Source of the DNA: Spirogloea muscicola
Lineage: Eukaryota
Direction of reading: 5' to 3'
Assembly: GCA_009602725.1 (NCBI GenBank)
Contig: WELB01000017.1
Location: 835,240-872,969 of the forward strand
Length of the DNA: 37,730 nt
Shown piece by piece: positions 10,639 to 21,988 of the stretch. Each line of letters begins with the position of its first letter. The stretch's first letter is position 1. The notes under the pieces were generated by a model. That model made no database searches, was not told the origin of the DNA, and saw only the letters and a program-made list of their open reading frames with translations. A program made the position numbers and the translations under genes.

Positions 10639-12633
10639 TCACCTCCAGGGTTGTTGAACTTGGAGACGCGTTCTGGTAGAGCCAGTAGCAGGGCGAACTG
10701 CTGCTTCTCTTGACCCACTTTGAATCATTGTGACCACTGTCATGTCTTGACTTTCTCCTGCATCGTACATTTGTCACTAATGAGAAAGTTTTGGATCGAG
10801 GTACTCAATGCTTTCTGGTGCAATATACAACCAGGCGTGCCTAGGGTTGTCAAACAAGTGAGATACTCTACTAACCTGACCTGCTCACCTGAGCTTAATC
10901 AATACCTGCCAAGTCAACTCTAATGCACAGATTGACTGATCCTTTTGCAAAGGCAGAGCAGACATAGTCTCTTGGCTTATCTGAATACATCATGTGTTTG
11001 CCGAACATACGGTGACCTGTATGATAGTACATGCAATCCTGCTTGCAGAGTTGATCTAAGAGTGCTTCTCAGATCAAAAGTACTAGGTACTGCCAACTAA
11101 CATAGTAATGTCATAAGTACCTGGAATATGCACAGAAGCCGTTGCCCCATTTCTGGCCTGCTCATGACCAAATTCCAGCCATTCTCGTCGCGCAGCTCCT
11201 CCACTGCTTGCTGTATCAATAGCTCTAGCAGACACAGCAACGCGAGTAACTGGCATAGGCCCTGCAAGATCCATAATAGTTCGTCGCACGTGACCTCCTC
11301 TGGGGTTGCTGCTTCTTTGTCTGCGCAAATTATCAGGCGGGAAGTCTTGCGAGTTGCCGGCAGATATGCCTGCATTTGATGCTTCCCTGGTGCTTTCCAG
11401 TGATACTGAGGTTGAGTTTATGCGCAGTCCTGGCTCTGGTACTTCCAAGGCTCCTGGTGCTGGCTCTCTCAGAAGTCTTGCTTGCCAGCCAGTCACCACT
11501 TGGGATCTCGCTCTAGCTTTGTCCCTGCACACCAAATAGCAGAGATGAGCTTGACTGGACAACAATCTGTGCACTGATGAGAAAGGCAGTCAACCAATCA
11601 AGCAACGCACATTTGTGGCAAGGTATAGCCAGTCAAGTTGGTATACTAGGAACTCGCCGCAGCAAACAGCACATTCAGTGGACTTTAAGAACTCCACTGA
11701 TCAAGGAAGCCTAAACTTGGATAGGAGGGTACTTGGAGCTGGCCCTCAGTTGTTTCTCGTACGCGCTCAAGCACCCTTGCAGGTCAGTCGAAATGGGACA
11801 TCGACAAAACGTGCATCTCTGCCGCTGCATAGTGCTGAGCTCAAACAAGTCTTCACCTCGAGGATTCCAACCTCCAAGCTGCGCAGTCTTTTGCAATGGC
11901 AGAATACAGGGGAGAAAGCAGGAGAGGTGAACCAAGTGGCCACACCTGGGTCCCAGGACATAACCACATCGAGAGCAGTTGTGATACACAATAGCTTATC
12001 AGAATTTGGCATGGCAGTGCAACAGAAGTTTCGAAGGCACAGGCTATGACTCTTATCCAGTGCTATTGATAGTGCATCCCTAGTGAAACATTCACTAGTG
12101 ATTTACGTTGTCTATCATCAAGACAGCTATCTAGGATGGTATTAGTTAGCAAGAGTTGTTTCTAAGAGCTCCTTTGCTTGCTGTAACACATGCTCCCTTG
12201 CTTTCACCAAAGATGGAGAAGAGATAGACCTCAGAGTAATAGTCTCCAAGGACGTTGTTTCCATAGATTGCTCATTGCGGGAGGCAGCTACTGCTGCTGG
12301 TCCAAGGTGGGTGCTACTAGCAGCAGTCTCGGGATGACCAGTAGTGGTGTAATCCAGACAGATTGGGCATAAGGAGCTGTATCCAAAATAGAAGGCGTCC
12401 GTCTTGATGACCACATATTCAGCAAGCAAAGCAGTGATGCTGGTTGGTCAATTAGGGAGACAAGCAAGTAGGGCTACATGTTGGAAGCTTCTCACGAGGT
12501 ACATCTGCCTGACCCCAGGAGGTAAGGTGGAGATCGCAATCTGAATCTATTTCAGATGGCCCTTTTCCAGGCAGCATGCTCTCAACTTACTTATACTTCA
12601 ATCGACCTCGTGTTTTCTTGATATATATATTAA
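10639..12633 (-). CDS. Exons encoding a RING-H2 (C3H2C3) domain and a low-complexity tail
   Basis: Phase-compatible exons 12439-12230, 11945-11733, 11524-11121, 10757-10639, plus a probable mini-exon ending at about 12591. Splicing gives CPIC...TITLR|CGHLVHLSC...RCTFCRCPI. Confidence 0.7.
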
Positions 12634-12690
12634 CTGCACGTCGGTCTCTGCTTATGTCTACTGGTGTTTTAAAGGCCACGTTCAAAGTAC

Positions 12691-13464
12691 CTCTCTGTGA
12701 TGCTGCACGTGTGCACGACCCAAAGTTGCAGTAAGGGCTTCAAGACAACGGGGGATGAGACCGAGCTCCATAGCCAGTGGCTGAAAGGACGCGCACGTCT
12801 GGAGGATCATGGCGGCCGTCTCCCACTCCTTCACATACTCCTGTATACGTCGCTCGCAGATGGAGACGAGATTGCCTCCGTGGCCCAAGCCTGGCCTTGT
12901 GTCATCATCCATATGCAAGGACATAGCTGCCAAAACCGTGTTGATCATTGAATAGCATCGATTCGCACGTAGAGATGAGTTGGGTCGAGCGCAAGCTGCC
13001 CGTTTGCAGCCAGAAGGTACACTGCTAGCTGCTGCCTTACCTGCGCAGTAGAGCTGCGCTACGTTGCCAGGATTGATGTCGCACTTGAGGCCGTAGCAGA
13101 AGTTGGCGACAAGCTCAAAGGTGGCCCTGCGGCCGGGGAGCCCGACGACGTTGACGACCAGCTTGCGTGCCGTGACGTCGTCCTCAGCAATGCTAGCGAA
13201 GTAGTCGGTCTTACAGAGGAGCTTGGCCATGTGCATCGCCATTGACGGCGCACTGCCGTCCAAGCGGACAAGGACGTCGGGCGGCACGCCCGCGGCCTGC
13301 GCCGCCCAGCGCAGGTCCGGATCCCGGAGCTCCGCGTCCTCTGGCTGCCGTTCCACCATGACTGGTTCACTCGCCGCAGCCGAGCTCGGAGCCGCGTCGC
13401 CAGGAGCGACACCATTAGTCGACGACGATGATCGGGACGGCGGCGCGAGCGCGAGCATCGCCAT
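12691..13464 (-). CDS. NRL-type BTB/POZ N-terminal half (NRL-A), no NPH3 domain downstream
   Basis: Exons 13464-13041 and 12926-12691 give GLPGRRATFELVANFCYG...NVAQLYCAAMSLHM...GNLV...ELGLIPRCLEAL. Intron positions match NRL-C exons 1-2. Confidence 0.85.
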
Positions 13465-15721
13465 CGCACCAGGCGGCCCAGAGCACTCTCAGAGGAGAGG
13501 ACGTGTGGAGCCGCCTGACGCGCCTGCTCTGGCGGCGGCGGCGGCGGCGGCGGCGGCGGGCATGACAGCGATGGCCGAGCAGCGGTCAGATCACGGCCGC
13601 CGGCCCGGGTGGCCGCTCTGAGCTACGTCCGCTCGGGCGCCCCCTCCCTCCAATCTGAATATGTCATTAAATAGCGGCTGGCAAAGCCAGCCAGGTGCAT
13701 ACAGAGGGTGTTCATGAATTCTCCTTCCCTCAGCTCATCTGACTTGCTAATGCTGACACGAGGGTCATGAGAGCGCCCTGCCTGCTCAGCCTGTGGCTCC
13801 CCTGATACAGTCTTCAACACCCTCAGTATGCACCTGTGTGGCTTTTACAGCCGCGCTTTCATCAATAGCAGATTCATTCTGTCCCAATATTGTCCGATTT
13901 CATTTGACGGGACGGGCCCCAACCGCCGCATCGCAAATGGCCCCACTCTCCGCTCGATGCGGGCCACTCGCAGCTCTCCGCTGACTCGGCTTTGCCCGTC
14001 GTCCCCAGGCATGCTTTGCCTCGGTCGACCAGCGCTTCTCTGTCGATGTCGACTGATGCATGCCAGCATCGAATTGGGATGCACCGGTCATCGACGTTCT
14101 AGTACCGAATGCAGTGTTTTTGTCAAGAGTGCAGCAGCCGACCCCTCGCCTAGAAAGCGCACAAGCTGAGAAGCCTTCTCAGGCAAAGCCAAGACATGTT
14201 TTCCAGAAGTGCGTAGGATGCCTCTTGTAGCAACAGATCTGCGCCAATAAGGCCAAGTTTGGGTATGATTAATTACTGCAAGCTGCAGCTGCCTACTGCT
14301 GAGGCTATGGAGCTTGACGTACCTCAGAATGAAAACTTTACTTCGCTTGAGCAAGAGTTCCTTCTCGGGAGCCTTTCCCACTTCAGACCAGAGAAGATTC
14401 GAGACCAACACTCTGCCTGTTCTAGCCGCTTGTGGAGGAGCCCGACCGCATCCCCTGCAGCGGGACTATTGGCAGTCCTCAGGGTGGTCCCAGCACATTA
14501 CCAAAGTAAAGCTAGGCTCCTGCAGTTAGGCGGCTCTGCCTGCAAGGATGCAGCCAAGGATTGCCGGAAGTGGGTGGACGAGTGCCACAAGCGCATTCAT
14601 TGGCTCTATATTCTAGATTGCTAGACTTCAATTGAGGTGCATACGTCAGCTTCTACAGTCCTGTTGTTGTCGCAAGTTCCAACCGCCATATCAGCTGCTT
14701 GCATGTGCATGCAGCAGATCTCAGACATGGAAACATGCTGGAGCTGCAGCAGCTCCCCCCTTACGTGCTCCATTAATGCCTTCATAACATCCGCCGCCTG
14801 GAGCCTGCTACGTGCAACTTTGCTGCGCAAGCTCTTCCTCGTATGACCTTGCAGCCCTTCTGGAAAGGCCTCACCTCGACGACAACGAAGGCTCGCTCTA
14901 AGGGTTTGCTAAGTCCCCAGTGCTTAAATCGGCTGGACCGCTGCCTAAGTAATTTATCCTCTATGCCAGCTCGGGGTTGTCTACACTGCTAGCAGTCACT
15001 GTTGTAAATTGATCCGGCCAAGCGGAGTCAAGACGCTCCTACATGCTGTGGGCTCTAAGCAGGCCACAAGCCGAGACGAACACAAGGCATCGAAGATGAC
15101 GGCCACACGATGTAAGCTAGGCATCCTGACTATCACCTTGTATATCACGTCAAGTTGGAGGTGCCGTACTGCACGTCCATCTTCGCTGCACGGCCATAAA
15201 TGCTTGGGAGCAGCCCTCGAGCATTTGATAGAGCTGGAATGAACATCATCGTGCTCATACTCTGACCAGGGAGGAATGCCCGCAGGAGCAGTGTGCTTGG
15301 CAGGCCATCTACCTCGGTCAGCCCCTGAGTCCAGCCTGGATTATCCTGCAAACCGTCATTGCTGTGTACTGCTCTTTCATATTGACATTCGTCTTTTGAA
15401 CAGCCCGAGACCACTACCGCGTACTAATGAAATCTCTTCTTGCTGACGACAAGTGACTATACACGAAAGCAATACACACAAGGCATGCCTGAATTCCTCA
15501 AGCATGCCTTGTGGCTCAAGGCTACTGAGTGAAGCGAAAATGCACGTTAACATGACTTGTCACTATGTATCCTCTGCCATGCTCATATGAGAGAATTGAG
15601 CTATCACAGCACTGGAATGCTCAGGTGACTAAGAGCTGTGCATTCGCATCGAAGTCAGACGTAAGTCAAACGTTGTACCTCCTTGATGTTGCTCAATTGA
15701 GGTAAAGCAGAAGCTTATCCG

Positions 15722-15770
15722 TAGGTGGAAATGGCTGTGAAAGGCCAGCCCAAAGATAATGACAAGGTCC
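15722..15770 (-). repeat. Isolated retroelement tail fragment
   Basis: ATGGCTGTGAAAGGCCAGCCCAAAG is shared with 32737-32761. Confidence 0.6.
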
Positions 15771-16709
15771 AATGTAGTCAGAAAGTATATACCAAAGAGC
15801 ACGTTTACAACTGAGGATGGCCGGTCAGTTCGGGACCGACTGTTGATCATCTTCTACGTGAATGTGAACGTAGACCATGTCACATCCTTTGTGCAGGACC
15901 TGTATGCAGAAGGTGCAATATGGCAGTTAGCATTTGGCAGAACATAGGGCTGGTGTAAGGATCAAGAGCTCTCTGTATGCGTGGCAATTGGCCTTGCTGA
16001 CGACGAGCTCGACATGAGGGTCTACTTATCGCCCAGCTACATGCAGATGCGATTGACTTCGGTGAGTGATACTGGTGGAAGTATTGACTACCTTCCAACG
16101 AAATTTGCAACGTCAGGTCACCACATATCGGCTGGTTGAGAACTCATAGCCTTATATGATTACTTTGACACCGACTTATTGCTGCACATTATATTCATCT
16201 TCTATTAAGTGCTTGTCAACACACTTAGAGGACATGTTCGAAGACAGACCTCCGCAGCCTGAACCCGACATTGCATACAGGCTATCGTTATAAAGAAATG
16301 GTATTCTGATGGCCCACTTCCGCACCATGCACCCGACACTACACACAGACTATTGTTGAGGAAATTATATCTAGACGGCCCACTATGATTGATCCTGCAG
16401 TAGAAATTAGTATTGACGACACATCCAACAACGACAAGCGAGGCAGCAGACACTTCTACAGGTGCTATACACATGAACTGAGCACAGCTTAGTCGTATCA
16501 AAGCAGCAGATCTCTATTCAGAGCTCGTAGCTTGGCACATGCTGAACGCATATCAGGCAGCAAATATACTCTGTATATACATGTAAGGAGCATTGTACGA
16601 TATGCAGCTGCAGGCATCTGATTTCGAAGGTCTGGCTAATTTACTAAGCTATGTGAGAGCGAACCCTAATTTCTCATAATTGAAACTAGGAGTCAATTTA
16701 GCTGGTTGC

Positions 16710-19700
16710 TTAGGCACTACGAGCCTTCAACTTCATCTTGCGAGGATTGCGAAGGCCATGGTGTTCAGCACGCAAAACAGCAAGTTCTTTATTTAACTCC
16801 ACTGCCCTTGCCCGCTGGATGTTGAGCTCAGCTTCAAGCGCCTCTTTGTCTTCCCCCAGTGCTACCTGCGACGTGGACAGAGCACACCATCCTTTAGGGG
16901 TACGCCGCCTTCGTCTTCGATCCCGCCAAGGTGACACCGATGAAAATACTGACTGCAGCTGGTTGTGGCGAGGAGCATGGAAATGACAAAGGGAAGCTTA
17001 GGCTGCATTGACGTTGAAGATGAGCTGCTAGAAATGCTGCAGGCAAGCTACTGACTTTCTCTTACCTGAACGACTGTGAAAGTATTGTCAGAGGTTGCCA
17101 GGCGCTCTTGAGCATTACGGATCTCTCCACGAAGAGACTCGTTGGCCAGGTGCATGCTCTGGAAGTCTGCCTCTACCTTGAGTTGCTCGGCTTCAAGGCT
17201 GTCTGCCTTACTTTTGAGTGCAGCCTTTTGCAATCTCAGTACCTGTCATATCAATGAGCTCATTCCCTCATTCATCGTGGCATCCCAAGCGCTAATTGAC
17301 AAAAAAGTGTGTAGATGTGCAAGGCAATGTCTCTCATGCTGCTACGACTACTTTATAGAAGATGAGACACTGCTGCGAAGCTATTGGAGCCAGCTATGCG
17401 CATGTGAAAAACATTGACCTGCTCTATGTTATGCTTGACAATTCTATTTTGGTGTTTGTATGAGAGCATTTTCACAAAACAATGGGATCAATACATGCCT
17501 TGGCGGTAAAAGAAAGTGGCAGTCTTTTGTCATTAGCAGCCTGTTCCAGAACTTCAGCAGATAGCTTGGATGGCTCAATGAGCTCCAAGAGGCTTCCAAG
17601 CTCCCCATCTGAAATTGTCTCATGAGCTCGCAGAAACGCCTCCAGGGCCTGGTATATGATGGACCAACAACAGTCAATGGTGCAAAGACAAGCACTAGCT
17701 CTGAATTCTACTTAATGCAGGTGCGCTTCAAAGCTGTTGCATGGACCTGGGCATGGCAATATAAAGTGCAACCATGAGAGACTATTGAGTATTACCACAA
17801 AAAGTTGGTCGTGGCTGGGCCGGGCCTGATCTGATAGCACCATCGCCAATCCCTTAAACTCCATGCTGCCAATGTTATGCGTGTCACGTCGTCTTGAGAG
17901 CTCAGCGAGATAATGGTCTATCAGTCTAGCAGCTGCTTGCAACGCAGTCTCTGGTTCAGGCAAAGAGGCCAGGTGGTCTGCGAAAGTGAATCCAGTCAAG
18001 AGGCCCTGGGAACACAGAAAGTCGTCATATGGCATCTATCAGGCATTATCGTCAGAACATACATCAAAACACAGTACTAAGCATTACAGTCAAGTGTAAA
18101 GGTCAAGATAAAGACACATGTCCTGAAGTAGAGCACAACAGGACAAGCCATTTGACGTCTTATGCCTGTTCGGGCACGCACTTATCTCTATCTTACTTAG
18201 CTATCTGTCACCGCTGGATACGTTATGACCGTAAGTCGGCAAGATTGTCACATCTTGCCCACGCAGCAAGAGCTTGAGGGAAGCAACTTTGACTGCACAC
18301 CTGAACGTCGCTGATCTCTAATAGGAGCAGGTCTTCGAGACTAGCTTGGTCAAACAGCTCACCTGCCCGCCTGATATGTCAGGCAATTATAGTCGTTGTT
18401 ACTGATCACTTCACATCTGGTTCAAACATTTGCATTTTCCGAAATCTACCTTCACAAGCCATCCACAAGTATTGAATAATCTTTGCCGTTGACCATCTTA
18501 CCGATGGAGCTGGTATTTGGTGTCCTTGGAAGCGTTAAGCATGATAGCCAAGCGTAGCAATGTCAGCAAATGCTTGATGGACACGCAGCCTTTCCCTTGA
18601 GGAAGTAGGAGGACGAGGGCCTCCAATGTCTTCCTGAAGCTGTGTTGCTTATGGTCTGCGCCACTGAAGTCGCCTGCCATCTGCTTGATGCTGGGAAGCC
18701 ACACATTACCATAGGATTCAACTGCCAATGCAATCTCCTCGTCTGGCAATCCAGCACTCTGTCATGCACTTCCCACAGACAAGGTGAAGTCAAGGGGACC
18801 AACTCCAGAATTAACAATCCATACTTTGCATCAACTATCAAGCGTCTGCACCGAGCATAAAGCGAAATGAGCTGTCAAGGAAGTATCACATATATCAGTG
18901 GACGACAAAGCTTTCTATTTGAGTAGGCTAGCTATGAAAGGTTGATCCCAACCCACTTCTTTGAGGAGCTGTCATTGTGTCGACAACATTGATTCCCGCG
19001 AAAAGTACTCACTTTGAAGTCGGCCACCAGCCTGACAAACATGTCAAGCTTCAGGTTGATAACGCCGGCGTCAAGGTGCACTTCTCCTTTTCGCAGCTGA
19101 GAGCAATGGATGCATGTCAGCTTATGCTAATACCTCCCTAATCTTTGGGGCCTCAGCTTTTGGAAAGCAAGTGCTTGCAACGTAGTCTTGTAGTGCATTG
19201 TAGTGCTACTCAATCCAGTATGTATCAGCTGATGCAGGAGCTCTTGTGCACTGCTCGTTGAGCTTGCGTCACTATCAAGAGCTTGCTGAATCATGGATGA
19301 CCACCTTATGGTGCTTGACAGCTGCAGCAGATACAGCACCAGTGCACCGAGATACTAGGCCAACGGCATCCGCTGTGGGCGCAAGGTCCTCGCACGCCTT
19401 CAACATGGCCAAGGCCTGCTGCCAATCCTTGAGGTAGCTCTGCATCGAGCAGACCAGGCTTTAATAAGATTTGGTGTCTGCCTCATGTCAGAATCGCCTC
19501 TTTTCCCTATGTGCAATAAGTCACACCGCCACTAGCAGCCTGCAAATGGCGTGCTAAGATGAGCAGACGAGTCTGTTAGGTAAGCAGGGAAGCTTGCATG
19601 CATGGTGCAGTACTGTTGAAGCCACTTTCAGTATCTATTAATGTCACCTTAACATGCTTTTCAGCCAAGGAGAGGAGGTTGCCGCCACTCTTGTTCCCCA

Positions 19701-20575
19701 TGCCCCGTTTTGAGTCATCGGTCAGATTGAGGATCGTAGCTGCCGCACATTGATCGCACTTTTGTCACGTTTTAGCAGCACGACACCACTTACTTGATGT
19801 GCATTTGCTGCCAGCCTCAGAACTTCGATGCATAGAGGAGGCAACAAGGCAAGAGCAAAGAAACACCTACAAAAGTATTTAACAATTGCATTGCCTGTTT
19901 GCTGCTGTAAACTCAGGGCAGTCTGCTGCCTTTGGCTCACCGCAGCAACGGAGTGCGGCAATGTTGGTGGCATTAATGCTTATGTCAATGCCGTAGCAGA
20001 AGTTGGCGACGAGCTTGAACGCCTCCGGGCCACCAGGGAGGCCGGGCAAGCGCAGCACATTCTTGTTCTCGCGCGTGCTGTCCTCGATGGTTTGCTCCAG
20101 GAAGAAGTCGCTGCGTGAGTAAAGCGGGAACTTGTGCACTGCGAACTCAGTACCATCGACGATGACCAGCAGGTCGCTCTGCGCGGCAAAGTTGCCACGA
20201 GATGTGAGGCGTGGCTGCAAACTGCTCAAGCAGGTATACTCTATGGTGAGAATGATTGGCCTCAGTGTTCAGATCCCCGCCAGACAGGATGAGCATTCTG
20301 TGAGCCTATATCATGATCGCAGTGCAGAAGCGAGTGGCAAAAACTACGACAATAATGTACTACGCCGCTAGCCAGCAAAGCTGTCAACACTGCTGCAAAA
20401 GCATACTGTCAGGGAAAAGGCTGGCTGCAGCTGCATGCTGCACCTTCATGCCAGCCTTCTTGAGCCACGTAGCCTCCAGTGCTGGCTGAGTGCCACCTTC
20501 GGTGCTGGCAAGGCCATTCTTGCGGACAGATGTCGGCGAGCCCCTGGCAACGGGCCCCGCCAGCAACGCCGCCAT
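16710..20575 (-). CDS. NPH3/RPT2-like (NRL) protein B: BTB + NPH3 + coiled coil
   Basis: 11 exons: 20575-20444, 20178-19941, 19739-19648, 19439-19305, 19096-19013, 18758-18502, 18370-18301, 18005-17796, 17648-17499, 17242-17066, 16865-16710. Motifs FAVHKFPLYSRS, PGGPEAFKLVANFCYG, LLTLLRLA, QASLEDLLL, ARPSHDQL, KRLPL. The true start could lie further upstream. Confidence 0.92.
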
Positions 20576-21082
20576 GGTGTGATCCGCAACAGGCTGGAGA
20601 TGGACGTCTCCTCAAGCTCAAGCTCCGAGTGGCGTCGGAGGCAACAGAGAGGTGGCGAGCTTAGCGCCTCAGGAAGCGCCACCAGATGGCCAGCAATATG
20701 CGTGATCGGCGGCGGCGGCGGCGGCTGCAGCGGCGCCGGCGCCGACGCGCCCGGGGCGCGGATGCGGCGCACGCCGAGAGGCTGAGCAGCTAAAGGAATG
20801 GGAGCGGGGCGCGCCTCCCTCCTTCCTGTCATTGTCACTGTCATGACGACCCTCTGAGAGTTACTATCAGCAGCCGCGTTCTTCCCTCCGGCCCTCCCTC
20901 GTCCGTCGACAGTGCTGCAGGAGGCCCTCGCGAGGTCCGCGCCGCCGTTGGCGCGCACGAAGCGGGCCTGGCGGACGGGACCGCGGCTGGGGGGCCGGGC
21001 GTGCGGTCTTGTCCATGGCCGCCGGCCCCTGGACGGGACGGCCCGCTGTGGCGGCTGCGGGCGCAGGGAGCGGGGGGGAGGG

Positions 21083-21085
<3 letters not shown>

Positions 21086-21174
<89 letters not shown>

Positions 21175-21206
21175 CGAGAGCGAGAGAGAGAGGGGGAGAG
21201 AGAGAG
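21086..21206. repeat. (GA)n microsatellite
   Basis: About 41 perfect GA units (21086-21168), then degenerate. Lies between divergent NRL-B and NRL-C. Confidence 0.98.
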
Positions 21207-21455
21207 CTTGAGGAAAGGGGGTGGGGCGGCAATGCAGCAGCGAAGGTGCACTAGGAGCGGCCAACCTAAAGGCATGCCGAGCATCGAGCACTCACGACCT
21301 GCTTGCAGTGGGCCCACATTGACGGCCAGCCTTGGCCTGCTTCCCACTCCACGTCCAGCGGAGCTCGCTGAGCGCCACGCAGTACTCGAGCCGGCGAGGG
21401 CGCTCATTGCCGCTGTGCAGCTCATGTTGGCGGCAGTGTAGTGGGGAGTCCTCTG

Positions 21456-21805
21456 GAAGAAAGCGCGGCCAGATTGACTGGTGGCTGGGAAAGGCCAGCC
21501 CAAAAGAATGGACTCTGGAAGGGCTCAAGGCCGGACAGCCAAGGGAGCTGCAATTAGAAAGAAAGAGTTGCTGCTGGTAGTAGATCATTCATTCTTTTTG
21601 GGCTGGCTTTTCCAGCCCTTATTCTCAGTGGGCGAGCACTTTCTTCTGATTAGTCTTTTCTAGCCGCACCCTTAACTTTCAAAGAAGAAAGAGCTCGCCC
21701 ATAGAAGAGAAGATGAGCTCGCCCATAGAAGAGAGGGGCTGGCAGAAGCCAGCCAAAAAAGAATGGACAAAATCCAAAGAGCTACAACAGGTGCCGGAAA
21801 GAAGG
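21456..21805. mobile_element. Cluster of three retroelement 3' tails (-, +, -)
   Basis: 21456-21550 matches the E4 tail. 21586-21648 is an E3-like tail on +. 21683-21790 is a tail on - with a duplicated GAGCTCGCCCATAGAAGAGA end. Confidence 0.8.
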
Positions 21806-21988
21806 NNNNNNNNNNNNNNNNNNNNNNNNNNNNNNNNNNNNNNNNNNNNNNNNNNNNNNNNNNNNNNNNNNNNNNNNNNNNNNNNNNNNNNNNNNNNNNN
21901 NNNNNNNNNNNNNNNNNNNNNNNNNNNNNNNNNNNNNNNNNNNNNNNNNNNNNNNNNNNNNNNNNNNNNNNNNNNNNNNNNNNNNNNN
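21806..21988. other. Assembly gap (N run)
   Basis: 183 N; hides the start of NRL-C. Confidence 1.

Noticed and set aside
12080..12098. CTAGTGAA-aca-TTCACTAG palindrome
   Set aside because: An 8-bp arm inside an intron; compatible with chance.
14621..14900. Minus-strand peptide AFPEGLQGHTRKSLRSKV, resembling a retrotransposon gag motif
   Set aside because: Too short and no other LTR-element features nearby; needs an HMM search.
15759..15947. EDGRSVRDRL, resembling a Myb/SANT-like transposon accessory motif
   Set aside because: A single weak motif with no supporting exons.
21292..21455. HELHSGNERPRRLEYC, resembling a Tc1/mariner linker
   Set aside because: No DDE domain or TIRs; chance similarity is likely.
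20446..21503. ORFs with LSLSLS or ERERER runs
   Set aside because: Translations of the (GA)n microsatellite.
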